64,000 bases of DNA, from assembly GCA_900766915.1 (NCBI GenBank), contig CAAFXE010000387.1, positions 1,637 to 65,636 on the forward strand, read 5' to 3'. The notes beneath the pieces were generated by a model. It was given only the letters and a program-made list of their open reading frames with translations, ran no database searches and was not told the DNA's origin. Made by a program: the position numbers and the translations under genes. Below are positions 27,127 to 37,273 of the stretch, piece by piece. The stretch comes from Lachnospiraceae bacterium. GTDB lineage: Bacteria; Bacillota; Clostridia; Lachnospirales; Lachnospiraceae. Each line of letters begins with the position of its first letter. The stretch's first letter is position 1.

Positions 27127-28395
27127 TTAATGTACATCTACTAAAAATTCTGTTTTGCAGTATCCAACAACTCCATTGTAGTTAATCTTACTCCAGCCAT
27201 CGCTGTAATTTTCAATCACCTCTACAAGCTCTCTTGTGTAGCCGGTTGCAAGTCTTTCACTGTCTGTAGAACGCTCAGCTCTGATTCGCACGCTTTCCTT
27301 AAACTGCATCTTTTTATTGACAGCCGTAACGGAAGCATCATTGTTGGCAGGCTCTTCCCCGTCCTGAGTTTCCTGTGCAGGCTCTTCTGTCTGTGTTTCC
27401 ACCGGAAGCATTGGAACACCTTCGGTACTTGTTAAAAACTCTGTTTTACAGAATCCTACGGTACCGCTGTACTCAATCTTACTCCAGCCATCTTCATAGC
27501 TTGCATAAACCTTCACTTCTGTTCCGCTGATAATGGTAGCAAGCATTCTGCTGTCGGTAGAATGTCCTTCTCTGATACGAATACCGTCATTTACCGTAGT
27601 CTTAACCGGTTCGGAGAGTTCCTTCGTATTGTCCACCTCAGCTGCTGTATCTGTTTCCTGGGTTTCTGAAGAGCTTTCTGCTTCCTTCTGGGCTTCTAAC
27701 ATTGCCTGGGCAAATTTACCCAAATCTTCATTCTCTTCTACAAGCTGCTGGTATCTGGCATCTACATCAGCAATCACAGAGGCAACGTCATCCTCAGCAG
27801 CAAGCTGCAGCACATAATCTGTCAGCTCTTCCGAAGCGTCTCCATTAAAGATACGGTAATCTCCGTCCTCGCCCCGGAATACATAAAGTGCCATAATACC
27901 CGGAGCCGGTGTGGCAATGTTGTAAAATTTCATCTCGTAGGAAGCAAATACCACAAAGGTGTTGTCCTCCAGACCCTTTTTGGTATAGCAAACAATATCA
28001 TTATAGGATTCTACATAATCCTTCTTTTTTTCAATGACTTTGATTTCTTCATCAGTTAAGACATCCACCACATCCTCTACCAATGGAATATCTCCTGTAG
28101 AAAGTCCGTGAAAATACTTTAAAATCAGTGTATTGATTTCCTCATAAGCATCTGTTTCCAGTGGATTTTCCTCTACCGGTTCCTGCTGCTGTTCAACCTT
28201 TACTTCTGTTCCTTCTTCAGTTGCCGGCTTCTTTGAAGCTCCTTTAACGATCAGTGTGATCACCAGTGCAAGAACCACAATCAGGATCACAACGGCTAAA
28301 AATATTTTTCTATGGTCAAGGTCCTTCCAATGGATATCGGAAACATCCCCAATAATGCTCTTTTTCAGCTTCTCAAATACTTTCTTTAAATTCAT
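27127..28395 (-). CDS. membrane-anchored protein with two C-terminal bacterial SH3-like domains
   Basis: 422 aa with a single TM (IFLAVVILIVVLALVITLIV). Two repeats end ...GWSKIEYSGTVGFCKTEFL and ...GWSKINYNGVVGYCKTEFL. Confidence 0.7.
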   Translation of the reverse strand: MNLKKVFEKLKKSIIGDVSDIHWKDLDHRKIFLAVVILIVVLALVITLIVKGASKKPATEEGTEVKVEQQQEPVEENPLETDAYEEINTLILKYFHGLSTGDIPLVEDVVDVLTDEEIKVIEKKKDYVESYNDIVCYTKKGLEDNTFVVFASYEMKFYNIATPAPGIMALYVFRGEDGDYRIFNGDASEELTDYVLQLAAEDDVASVIADVDARYQQLVEENEDLGKFAQAMLEAQKEAESSSETQETDTAAEVDNTKELSEPVKTTVNDGIRIREGHSTDSRMLATIISGTEVKVYASYEDGWSKIEYSGTVGFCKTEFLTSTEGVPMLPVETQTEEPAQETQDGEEPANNDASVTAVNKKMQFKESVRIRAERSTDSERLATGYTRELVEVIENYSDGWSKINYNGVVGYCKTEFLVDVH

Positions 28396-28476
28396 GAAAT
28401 CCTCCCTTTTTTTATTTTACAAATGCTTCTAAACAAAGATTTTTTAGCAAACTCCCCATATTATGCTCAAAAAAAA

Positions 28477-28550
28477 TGCACCTGACTGGATTCGAACCAG
28501 CGACACCTGGCGTCGGAGGCCAGTGCTCTATCCAACTGAGCTACAAGTGC
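28477..28550 (-). tRNA. tRNA-Arg (anticodon CCG)
   Basis: The minus strand reads GCACTTGTAGCTCAGTTGGATAGAGCACTGGCCTCCGACGCCAGGTGTCGCTGGTTCGAATCCAGTCAGGTGCA. It has a 7-bp acceptor stem, anticodon loop CUCCGAC and a GTTCGAATC T-loop. CCA is not encoded. Confidence 0.93.
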
Positions 28551-28580
28551 ATACCTTTTACAAGGACTTCCTTATCATAC

Positions 28581-28612
28581 ACCAAAAGAGCGGGACTTTC
28601 AAGTCCCACTCT
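28581..28612 (-). terminator. Rho-independent terminator after the 288-aa hypothetical gene
   Basis: On the minus strand, AGAGTGGGACT pairs with AGTCCCGCTCT and is followed by TTTTGG. Confidence 0.7.
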
Positions 28613-28674
28613 GAAATTTGTTACAATTATTTTTATTTTGTAACTTTTTTGTCACATTTTCGTCATATTAAAAG

Positions 28675-29541
28675 TTATAAAACAGATAACTGTTCACCGT
28701 CAAAAAAATATACATTGTCCGAGAGAACCTCATCCTTTGCCACATGATTTTCATTCACCTCGTGAACAATTTCTTTCATATTTTCAACAGAAAGAAACGG
28801 TTCCCAGGGCACGATCAGAAATTCATGGATGCTTGATGGAATGAGATAATATTTTCCTCCCACATATCCATAGATTTTCTCCGGCATCCGGTCATACAGG
28901 ATCACTCCGGCTCCATTCATCCCCCTGGAATTGCTAAGAACGATCAGAGGGCTGGGAGCTACCATTCCTCCGGCGTATTTGCGTGCATAAGTATCCATAG
29001 GCATCAATACATGAGGAAACAATCGCGGTGTATTCTGTCTGGCACATTCATAAAGAACGGATATGGGAATCTTCCAATAATCCATATGGGAATTTTTAAT
29101 CAGAACAGAGCATCTCCCCACATCGCTTTCGGAAATCAACAGATAGAATACAATGGACAGGTCGTAAATGGGAAGATTTGGCACATCCTTTAAAAGCTCC
29201 TGATTCTGTTTCGCATTGATGAGGCGGTAAACAATTTTTGATTTTACCCTGTTAAAATCAAGAATTTCTTCATAATTCCATTCAGGCACAAACTCTGCCT
29301 CTCTGCTCTTCTTTACAATTTGTGCCGCCAGTTCCTCCAAAGGTTTCCCTGCCAGAAATTTTTCATAAAATTCCTGAAGATAAATCACCGGTGCAATTTT
29401 TTCTCCATTTTTTCTGATGGAGATTCCTCTGGCAATCACACCATTAATTTTGAGAATCTCCTGCATTTCCACAGATTCCGATTCATCAATCTGCTCTTCA
29501 ATATACCTCGTCACTGACAAAATAAATTGATCGTAATTCAT
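28675..29541 (-). CDS. hypothetical protein (resembles the DUF5688 family)
   Basis: 288 aa and soluble. The N-terminus MNYDQFILSVTRYIEEQ... resembles that family from memory only. Confidence 0.55.
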   Translation of the reverse strand: MNYDQFILSVTRYIEEQIDESESVEMQEILKINGVIARGISIRKNGEKIAPVIYLQEFYEKFLAGKPLEELAAQIVKKSREAEFVPEWNYEEILDFNRVKSKIVYRLINAKQNQELLKDVPNLPIYDLSIVFYLLISESDVGRCSVLIKNSHMDYWKIPISVLYECARQNTPRLFPHVLMPMDTYARKYAGGMVAPSPLIVLSNSRGMNGAGVILYDRMPEKIYGYVGGKYYLIPSSIHEFLIVPWEPFLSVENMKEIVHEVNENHVAKDEVLSDNVYFFDGEQLSVL

Positions 29542-29755
29542 AAAAATACCTCTCGTATAAATTTATTTAAAAATGCGAACCCCTCAACGCACTTTTATTC
29601 CAGTATGTTGTGTACTAATTACAGTGGCTTTTAAGTTTTGTCGTATAATTGGAAAACATGATGCGAACGCATCAAAAAACAGATATATAATAAGATGACT
29701 CATAGAGTATACAGATTCCGCCCCGAAGCGCGGAACCTGTAGTTTCTTACAAAAA

Positions 29756-30313
29756 TTAAGCTCTGGAGAGATATTCTCCTGTTCTTGTATCGATTTTGAT
29801 TTTTTCACCCTGTTCGATAAATAATGGTACGTATACAACAGCACCTGTTTCTACAGTTGCAGGTTTTGTAGCACCTGTTGCTGTATCGCCTTTAAATCCA
29901 GGTTCTGTATCTGTGATCTCAAGTTCTACAAATAATGGTGGTTCTACTGCGAATACTTTTCCATTGTGAGAACATACTTTTACCATTTCATTTTCTTTCA
30001 CGAATTTTAAGGAATCTCCGATATCTTCGCTGTTTAATGCGATCTGATCATAAGTTTCCACATTCATGAAATGGAATAAATCCCCATCAGAATACAGATA
30101 CTGCATATCCACACGGTCAATACGAGCCTGTGGGAATTTTTCTGTAGGTCTGAAAGTTTTTTCAATAACACCACCGCTGATGATGTTTTTTAATTTTGTT
30201 CTAACGAAAGCAGCACCTTTACCTGGTTTTACGTGCTGAAATTCTAAAATCTGAACAACATTACCCTCAATTTCCAGTGTAACGCCGTTTCTGAAATCGC
30301 CTGCTGAAATCAT
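29756..30313 (-). CDS. efp: elongation factor P
   Basis: 185 aa starting [10 protein letters not shown]..........[17 protein letters not shown], the canonical EF-P sequence. Confidence 0.97.
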   Translation of the reverse strand: MISAGDFRNGVTLEIEGNVVQILEFQHVKPGKGAAFVRTKLKNIISGGVIEKTFRPTEKFPQARIDRVDMQYLYSDGDLFHFMNVETYDQIALNSEDIGDSLKFVKENEMVKVCSHNGKVFAVEPPLFVELEITDTEPGFKGDTATGATKPATVETGAVVYVPLFIEQGEKIKIDTRTGEYLSRA

Positions 30314-30597
30314 ATTTCTATTTCCTCCTTAAGAATGCTGTGTGAGGCTTTTCCTTCGATTTTCCTCATACCTTTTTACATTTTATAATAATATGTTACA
30401 GATTTCAACTATTTTCCGTTTTTCTGACTCATTTTTTTCATGAAGCCCGAATCAATACACGATTGAGACCTGTAATAACCCCAAAAATGTGCTGCTCAAA
30501 TTAGAATTCAACAGGAAAGATATGCAATAGATGTTTGCAAATCCCCTGCACTTTCGATATACTGAAACTATATTGCAACAGAAAAGAGGTTACACTT

Positions 30598-31245
30598 ATG
30601 CCATTTAAATTTACAGGAAAGTTTTTCTCTATTATGGGATATCTTGCCAGCTTTATTACCATAAATCTACTCTGTATCCTTTGCTGTATTCCTGTGGTTA
30701 CCGCGGGACCGTCCATTTGCGCCATGTATTACTGTATGTTTAAAATTTTCCGCAAAGACGAGATACGTCCCTTCAATGAATTTTTTCACAGCTTCAAAAG
30801 CAATTTCAGGCAAGGCTGTATTTTACAGATCATTGTGCTGTTTGTCGGCTCTGTCCTCTATTTTGATTTGAAGCTTTCCCTCTACGCCTTCAAGACAGGC
30901 ATGCTCTTCAAAATAACCACCATCCTTCTTATGATCGTTGCCTTTGTATTTCTTCTGATGCTTACCATGCTCTATCCGGTGCAGGCACAATTTACGAATA
31001 CATTAAAAAACACCTTTAAAAATGCGTTGTTTTTAGCACTTTCCCATCTGCCCTATGCATTGATCATGCTGATTCTCAACGCACTGCCTGTTATTCTTCT
31101 GGTGGTATGGATGAATGCCTTCCTCTTTATGATACCGTTCTACGTATTTTTAGGATTTTCCACGGTATGCTTCCTGAACTGCTTTTTCCTGAAAAAGATA
31201 TTCCGCCCGTATTTGCCGGAAGAAAAAACAATCGAAGAATCATAA
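30598..31245 (+). CDS. YesL-like membrane protein (DUF624)
   Basis: The ORF track starts at 30535. The ATG at 30598 (MPFKFTGKFFSIMGYLASFITINLLCILCCIPVVTAGPS) follows AAGAGG. This is the typical DUF624 N-terminus. Confidence 0.7.
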   Translation: MPFKFTGKFFSIMGYLASFITINLLCILCCIPVVTAGPSICAMYYCMFKIFRKDEIRPFNEFFHSFKSNFRQGCILQIIVLFVGSVLYFDLKLSLYAFKTGMLFKITTILLMIVAFVFLLMLTMLYPVQAQFTNTLKNTFKNALFLALSHLPYALIMLILNALPVILLVVWMNAFLFMIPFYVFLGFSTVCFLNCFFLKKIFRPYLPEEKTIEES

Positions 31246-31286
31246 TAAAAAACCCTCTGCCTGTCTCTTGACGGCAGAGGGTTTTC
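31246..31286. terminator. bidirectional terminator between the convergent yesL-like gene and nanA
   Basis: CCCTCTGCC (31252-31260) pairs with GGCAGAGGG (31272-31280), flanked by an A-run and a T-run. Confidence 0.8.
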
Positions 31287-31296
31287 TAAAAAAGCC

Positions 31297-32214
31297 TTAT
31301 AAATATTTCGCCTTTGCATCTCTGATCATTTTTGCTGCTTCTTCCACGATTACCATATCTTCCGGAATCAAAGCGGCCAGCGGTTTACGCACACCACCCA
31401 AATCGAGACCTTCATTCATCTTCAAAATTTCTTTAATCACGCCATACATATTTCCATGAGCAGAACACATCTTATAAATAATGGCATCTACATCATACTG
31501 GATCTCACACGCTTCCTCTAACTTTCCTGCCTTTACAAGCTCATCCATTTTCAGGAAAAGCTCCGGCATTACACCGTAGGTTCCGCCGATGCCCGCATCT
31601 GCACCGATCACACGTCCGCTGATGAACTGCTCGTCAGGACCATTAAATACTATGTAATCTTCTCCTGCTGCCTGTTTAAACATCTGAATATCCTGTACCG
31701 GCATAGAGGAATTCTTAACACCAATGACTCTCGGATTCTTTCTCATTTCCGCAAAGAGACTCTGAGTCAATGCAACGCCTGCCAGCTGTGGAATATTGTA
31801 GATTACAAAATCCGTATTCGGTGCTGCCGCACTCATATCATTCCAATATTCAGCAATGGCATACTCCGGTAAATGAAAATAAATCGGAGGGATTGCTGCA
31901 ATCGCATCTACACCAAGGCTTTCTGCATGTGCTGCAAGTTCCTGACTGTCCTTTGTATTGTTGCATGCCACATGTGCGATCACAGTCAGTTTGCCTTTTC
32001 CAACCTTCATGACATTTTCAAGTACAATCTTTCGATCTTCTACGCTCTGATAAATACATTCACCGGAAGAACCATTTACATAAACACCCTTCACACCCTT
32101 ATCAATAAAATAACGGGTCAGTGCCTGAACGCCTTCCGGGCTAATGTTTCCGTCCTGATCATAACATGCATAAAATGCCGGGATGATTCCCTTATACTTC
32201 TCTAAATTTCTCAT
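31297..32214 (-). CDS. nanA: N-acetylneuraminate lyase (DapA/NAL family)
   Basis: 305 aa with the DHDPS-family fold motif GVYVNGSSGE. Context: nanE, nanK and a sialic-acid-type transporter. Confidence 0.85.
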   Translation of the reverse strand: MRNLEKYKGIIPAFYACYDQDGNISPEGVQALTRYFIDKGVKGVYVNGSSGECIYQSVEDRKIVLENVMKVGKGKLTVIAHVACNNTKDSQELAAHAESLGVDAIAAIPPIYFHLPEYAIAEYWNDMSAAAPNTDFVIYNIPQLAGVALTQSLFAEMRKNPRVIGVKNSSMPVQDIQMFKQAAGEDYIVFNGPDEQFISGRVIGADAGIGGTYGVMPELFLKMDELVKAGKLEEACEIQYDVDAIIYKMCSAHGNMYGVIKEILKMNEGLDLGGVRKPLAALIPEDMVIVEEAAKMIRDAKAKYL

Positions 32215-32240
32215 TTTGGTTTACTCCTTTGATAGCTATC

Positions 32241-33098
32241 TTAAAATAACTTCTCCACAACAGCCTTTGAGGTTTTCCGATTGTTCATCTTGGAATCCTC
32301 ATGATTTCTCCGATAAAATTCGTGAAACAAAACATCTATCACAAACATCTGGCTCATTTTTGTGCCCATGGATCCCCCCTCCAATGGTCCTTCATTAGAG
32401 CCACATAACAGCAAGACATCTGTGTAGCTGGTTAAAGGTGATTTCAAAAATCTGCTGATTGCCACAACCCTTGCTCCCGATTCCCTCGCAATTTTAGCCA
32501 CATAGATATTATCCTTTGTAGAACCCGAGTAGGATAAAAATATGATCAGATCCTCTTCGGTCGCCATAGAGGCCGTCATCGCCTGCATATGAGGATCCTG
32601 AATACAGGTTACCTTATTGGTAATTCTAAGAAATACATTTCGTGCGGCCTGAGCAACCAGTAAGCTGTCACCTACACCAAAAAAGTAAATCCTTTTTGCT
32701 TCTTCCATCATGGTAACCGTTTGGGAAATGGCATCATAATCTATCAGTCTTCTCGTTTCCCTTAAAGCGTCGATGTTATGTTCAAGAAGTTCATCCAGTA
32801 TATTATCTGCCCCCAAATACCTGGATGGAGCTGCTCCTTTGATCTTTTCCGACGTATCATCCCCGGAAAGACTTAAAGAGAGCTTCATTTTAAACTCCTG
32901 ATATCCTTTCACTCCAACAGTCCTGCAGAACCTGTGGACACTGGCATCAGCCACCTTACATGCGTCTGACAGATCGCTGATAGACATAAACAGCACCTTT
33001 TCAGAATTGCGAATTACATAATCGGCAATCTTTTTTTCCGTTTTCGTAAACTGATTGTAGGACAGCTGAATATCTGTCAAAAAATTTGATGCTGCCAT
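32241..33098 (-). CDS. MurR/RpiR family transcriptional regulator (HTH plus SIS domain)
   Basis: 285 aa with an HTH_6-like N-terminus and a SIS domain (GVGDS...). Confidence 0.88.
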   Translation of the reverse strand: MAASNFLTDIQLSYNQFTKTEKKIADYVIRNSEKVLFMSISDLSDACKVADASVHRFCRTVGVKGYQEFKMKLSLSLSGDDTSEKIKGAAPSRYLGADNILDELLEHNIDALRETRRLIDYDAISQTVTMMEEAKRIYFFGVGDSLLVAQAARNVFLRITNKVTCIQDPHMQAMTASMATEEDLIIFLSYSGSTKDNIYVAKIARESGARVVAISRFLKSPLTSYTDVLLLCGSNEGPLEGGSMGTKMSQMFVIDVLFHEFYRRNHEDSKMNNRKTSKAVVEKLF

Positions 33099-33129
33099 AA
33101 AACCTCTTTAACCTTCCTGTTTCTAAGAT

Positions 33130-33975
33130 TTAGCCCTTGACTGCTCCCATGGTAATACCCTGTGTAAAGTATTTCTGGAACATCAGGAATACTGCAATGA
33201 TCGGAACAGCGCCTAATGCCGCACCGGCCATAATCAGACCAAAGTCGTTTGACATTTCTGCCTGCAGCTTTGCAATACCGAGAGAAATGGTAAGTACATC
33301 GCTGGAGTTTAACATAATTAACTGTAAAAAGTAATCATTCCAGGTACTGATAAAGGTAAAAATTGCCAATGCTCCGATTCCCGGCTGAATAATGGGCATT
33401 ACGATTGTAGAAAAAATCTTAAGTTCTCCGGCACCGTCAATTTTGGCAGCCTCTATCATTTCTGACGGAATCGTTTCAGAGAACTGCTTCATCAAAAACA
33501 CACCAAAAGGCCATCCAACGGTAGGAAGGATTACTGCCCATACCTTATCATGCAGGCCAAGAAAAGCCATTTCTTTTAACAACGGAACTAAAACCACCTG
33601 TTTTGGCAGTGCCATAGCACAGATAAACAGGGAAAATACAACTGCCTGACCGATAAAACGTTTCTTTGCCAGTGCATATCCGGCCATTGCCGCGGTAAGA
33701 CAGGTAAGGATCATCGCCATAACAGCAATAAATACAGTATTCCACAGCCATTTAAATGCCGGCTTTGCAAACAGTCTGATGTAGTTATCCGTTGTAGGAT
33801 TTTTCGGAAACCATTCAGGGTTTACTGCATTGATCGCTGCAGCATCCTTAAAGGAACCTGTAAGAATCCAGTATAACGGGAAAATCATCAAAATTGCCAG
33901 GATAATCATGACAACAAAAACAAAAATATCATATCCTGTTTTTTGTTTTAATTTACTTTTCGCCACTGTTGCCAC
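33130..33975 (-). CDS. carbohydrate ABC transporter permease (CUT1, MalG-like)
   Basis: 281 aa, 6 TM, with an EAA loop (IEAAKIDGAGELKIFSTIVMP). Confidence 0.9.
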   Translation of the reverse strand: MATVAKSKLKQKTGYDIFVFVVMIILAILMIFPLYWILTGSFKDAAAINAVNPEWFPKNPTTDNYIRLFAKPAFKWLWNTVFIAVMAMILTCLTAAMAGYALAKKRFIGQAVVFSLFICAMALPKQVVLVPLLKEMAFLGLHDKVWAVILPTVGWPFGVFLMKQFSETIPSEMIEAAKIDGAGELKIFSTIVMPIIQPGIGALAIFTFISTWNDYFLQLIMLNSSDVLTISLGIAKLQAEMSNDFGLIMAGAALGAVPIIAVFLMFQKYFTQGITMGAVKG

Positions 33976-33978
33976 CTC

Positions 33979-34887
33979 CTAATCATTTGCCCCGTTATTT
34001 GCAAACTTCAACTGTAGGACAGAGAAGAATGCGATAACGATTGCAAGGAAGATACCCATCGCATTACCGTAACCATAGCGGTTCAGCTTAAATGCCTGAT
34101 AGTAAATATAATACATAATTGTATCAGTTGCGTGGTTTGGTCCACCTGATGTTAATAACTGGATCAATGCATAACACTGGAAAGAGTTAATGGTTGTAAT
34201 AATTAAAATATAAAGTGTGGTAGGCATAATAGACGGCCATTTAATCTTCCAGAAAGTCTGAAGCTTTGTAGCACCGTCAACCTCAGATGCTTCAATTAAA
34301 GTTGTATCTACATTTCCAAGAGCAGCCACATAAAGTACAATTGGCTGACCGATAGAAGTTGTAAAAAGAATTAAAATAATACATGCCAACGCTGTTCTTT
34401 CATCACCCAGCCAGCTGATTTTTTCATCAAGAATACCAACATTATTTAATACATAATTAAATAAGCCTGTGTATTTGTTAAACATCCATTTCCATACAAC
34501 GGAAACTGCTACTGTACCGGTAACTACCGGAAGATAAAATACACATCGGAAGAACGATCTTGAAAACGCATTCATCTTATAAATGGATGCTGCAACCCAA
34601 AGAGAAAATACAGTAACACTGGGTACTGCCACAGCTACGATAATTACGGTATTAACCAGAGCTTTTCTAAAGATCGGGTCATTAAACATTTCAATATAGT
34701 TCTGAATTCCAACGAACGTAAAATCATTCATTGTGTAGTTAAAAAAACTGGTAAACAGACATAAAAACATCGGCACGATTACAAAGCCTACAAAGAAAAA
34801 CAATGCCGGCAGTAAGAACAAATAGGCCGCTTTTGTTTCTCTCCAGACCAACACTCTGCTCTGTTTCAGGGATTTACTTCTACCCAC
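33979..34887 (-). CDS. carbohydrate ABC transporter permease (CUT1, MalF-like)
   Basis: 302 aa with an EAA loop (EASEVDGATKLQTFWKIKWP). Confidence 0.9.
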   Translation of the reverse strand: MGRSKSLKQSRVLVWRETKAAYLFLLPALFFFVGFVIVPMFLCLFTSFFNYTMNDFTFVGIQNYIEMFNDPIFRKALVNTVIIVAVAVPSVTVFSLWVAASIYKMNAFSRSFFRCVFYLPVVTGTVAVSVVWKWMFNKYTGLFNYVLNNVGILDEKISWLGDERTALACIILILFTTSIGQPIVLYVAALGNVDTTLIEASEVDGATKLQTFWKIKWPSIMPTTLYILIITTINSFQCYALIQLLTSGGPNHATDTIMYYIYYQAFKLNRYGYGNAMGIFLAIVIAFFSVLQLKFANNGAND

Positions 34888-34910
34888 TGATTCACCCTCC
34901 TATTTCAAAA

Positions 34911-34940
34911 GAAGCACCCACCTCAAAAGGCAGGTGCTTC
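34911..34940 (-). promoter_or_regulatory. intercistronic hairpin between the binding-protein and permease genes
   Basis: GAAGCACC (34911-34918) pairs with GGTGCTTC (34933-34940), followed on the minus strand by TTTTGAAA. Confidence 0.55.
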
Positions 34941-34964
34941 ATATTTGTGTCAGCGATATGTTAA

Positions 34965-36308
34965 TTACTTGGAAGCCGCTGCAGTTGCATCGTTACATGA
35001 TGCCACATAAGCATCAGCTGCTGTCTGAACATCATTACCGGATACTAAAATCTGCTGAAGAAGGTTCCACCATGCTGTTCTCTGCTCTGCCCAGCCAAGT
35101 GTTACGTTGTAGTAATCACCTAACCACTGCTGGAAGCTTGCAAATGTAGCCATTCTTTCTTCATTTTCTGTTCCTTCATAAGGATTGCCGAAAGAAGATC
35201 TTACCGGGAAGAATCCTGTACATGTAACACTGAGAGGTCCCTGTACTTCATCATCACAGATAAACTCGATAAATGTTTTAGCTGCTGCAATCTTGTTAGC
35301 ATCGCCGTTATCAAAGATACCGAATCCCCAGATACCGCCACATAATTCAGGTACTCCGTCATCGGATGGGAATGCTACTGCATAAGGTGTGAATGTAACC
35401 TGCTCTGCATAGTTCATCTGGTTAGCAGCGTTCCAGCAGAAGCTCATTGCGATTGTTCCGTTAGCAAATAACTGAAGTTCATCAGCTGCTGCCATACCGG
35501 CATCAGCGCTTAATAATCCGCCGTCAACCCAGGTCTTTAACTGTGTTAAGCCTTTCACGCCTGCTTCGTTGTTCATTGTCCATTCTGTATGCTCAGCATT
35601 TGTGAATTTTCCGCTGTAAAGGTTCATTGCCAAAGCACGTGTACCCTGGTCACCACCCTGACCGCCGCAGTAAACAATACCTGTTGTATCTACGCCGCTG
35701 TCTTTCAGAGCTTTTAAAGCTTTTTCAAAGTTTTCTGTTGTCCATGTACGGTCTTCGTTGATGTACTGAAGCGCACCGGCTTTTTCAAACATTTCATAGT
35801 TGATAGCCATTGTATGTGTTGTCATAACAAGTGGATATTCATAGTAAGCACCGTCTGCGGATTTACAAGCTGCTACAACTGCTTCACTTGTTGCAGAGAT
35901 ATCAGCTAATGCTTCATCATCCCAAAGGTCTGCAAGGTCAACCATTTTGCCCTTAGCACCCCAGTTGCTTACGAGACGTTCCGGTCCTTCTAAAATAATA
36001 TCAGGAGTTGTGCCGGCTTCGATAGCTGCTGTTACCTGATCATCACCTGATGTGTAGTCAAGGTATTCAACGGTTACATGGATGTCCGGATATTTTTCAT
36101 TGAATGATGCAATAAATCCTTCTACAGTAGCTGCATCCTGGAATTTACCTACCGGATATGTCCATAATGTAATGTCAGAAGCTGCGCCTTCTGCATTTTC
36201 TGTTACTTCTGCAGGTGTTTCTGCAGGAGCTTCTGTTTCTTTAGCACCGCATGCCACCAGTGAAAGTGTCATAACACCTGCTAAAGCCAACGCGATTAAC
36301 TTTTTCAT
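34965..36308 (-). CDS. ABC transporter extracellular solute-binding lipoprotein (CUT1; sialic-acid-type by context)
   Basis: 447 aa with a lipoprotein signal and lipobox (LSLVAC). Confidence 0.88.
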   Translation of the reverse strand: MKKLIALALAGVMTLSLVACGAKETEAPAETPAEVTENAEGAASDITLWTYPVGKFQDAATVEGFIASFNEKYPDIHVTVEYLDYTSGDDQVTAAIEAGTTPDIILEGPERLVSNWGAKGKMVDLADLWDDEALADISATSEAVVAACKSADGAYYEYPLVMTTHTMAINYEMFEKAGALQYINEDRTWTTENFEKALKALKDSGVDTTGIVYCGGQGGDQGTRALAMNLYSGKFTNAEHTEWTMNNEAGVKGLTQLKTWVDGGLLSADAGMAAADELQLFANGTIAMSFCWNAANQMNYAEQVTFTPYAVAFPSDDGVPELCGGIWGFGIFDNGDANKIAAAKTFIEFICDDEVQGPLSVTCTGFFPVRSSFGNPYEGTENEERMATFASFQQWLGDYYNVTLGWAEQRTAWWNLLQQILVSGNDVQTAADAYVASCNDATAAASK

Positions 36309-36538
36309 TTGATTTTCCTCCTTATTAAGTTATCGTTCATGGTTATGTTGAAATTGTATATGAACAAGGAGTTTTTGTCAATAGTTTTTTATCAATATTA
36401 AACAATTTTTGAAATTTCTTTTTTCGGTATATTTTTATGAAAAAAATTTTCACTTTATTTATAATGACATTACACAGAAAACATGTTATAATACTACAAA
36501 AGTTTTTACCTTAAATATATGATAGAAAGGACATGGCT

Positions 36539-37240
36539 ATGAAAAGAACTTTAAACGAAGTATTAGAAGCTACCAAGGGCAGCATTATTGTTTCCTGTCA
36601 GGCATTACCGGGTGAACCTTTATACTGTGAAGAAATGTCCCTGATGTCTTTCATGGCAAAGGCAGCACAGATGGCCGGAAGCAAATGTATTCGCACCAGC
36701 AGTGTCCGGGATGTGGCAGCAATTAAAGAAGCTACCGGTCTTCCGGTCATTGGTCTGATCAAGCGCAATTATGATGGGTATGAGCCTTACATCACTCCTA
36801 CCATGAGAGAAATCGATGAACTGGTTGCAGCGGAATCTGATATCATTGCTTTGGATTGTACTTATATGAAAAGACCCAATGGTGCCACCATCAATGACTT
36901 TTTAAAGGAGATCCGTGAAAAATATCCGGATATTTCTTTAATGGCTGACATTTCTACCTTTGAAGAAGGTGTCAACGCATGGAAATGCGGTGTCAATCTG
37001 GTGGGAACTACCATGAGCGGCTATACCCCTTATTCACCAAAGACAGACGGTCCCGACTACGAGCTTGTTTCCGGATTAGTGGAAGCACTGCCGATTCCTG
37101 TCATTGCGGAAGGCAGGGTTCATTACCCCGATCAGGCGAAGAAGATGCTGTCTTTAGGTGTCCATGCAGTTGTTGTAGGCGGTGCAATCACCAGACCTCT
37201 GGAAATCGCACAGCGCTTTTATAAAGCAATTGAAGAGTAA
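36539..37240 (+). CDS. nanE: N-acetylmannosamine-6-phosphate 2-epimerase
   Basis: The ORF track starts at 36533. The second ATG at 36539 is better spaced from GAAAGG. The sequence GSIIVSCQALPGEPL... is typical of NanE. Confidence 0.88.
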   Translation: MKRTLNEVLEATKGSIIVSCQALPGEPLYCEEMSLMSFMAKAAQMAGSKCIRTSSVRDVAAIKEATGLPVIGLIKRNYDGYEPYITPTMREIDELVAAESDIIALDCTYMKRPNGATINDFLKEIREKYPDISLMADISTFEEGVNAWKCGVNLVGTTMSGYTPYSPKTDGPDYELVSGLVEALPIPVIAEGRVHYPDQAKKMLSLGVHAVVVGGAITRPLEIAQRFYKAIEE

Positions 37241-37273
37241 ACCGTAATTGTCTTGCCAAAAGGGAGTGAATTT

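Noticed and set aside
29584-30725. Small ORF-track ORFs in intergenic DNA (29584-29844, 30501-30725, also 50182-50382 and 28463-28747).
   Set aside because: They overlap efp, a tRNA or terminators. They lack RBSs and have no recognisable domains. The 28463-28747 ORF runs antisense through tRNA-Arg.
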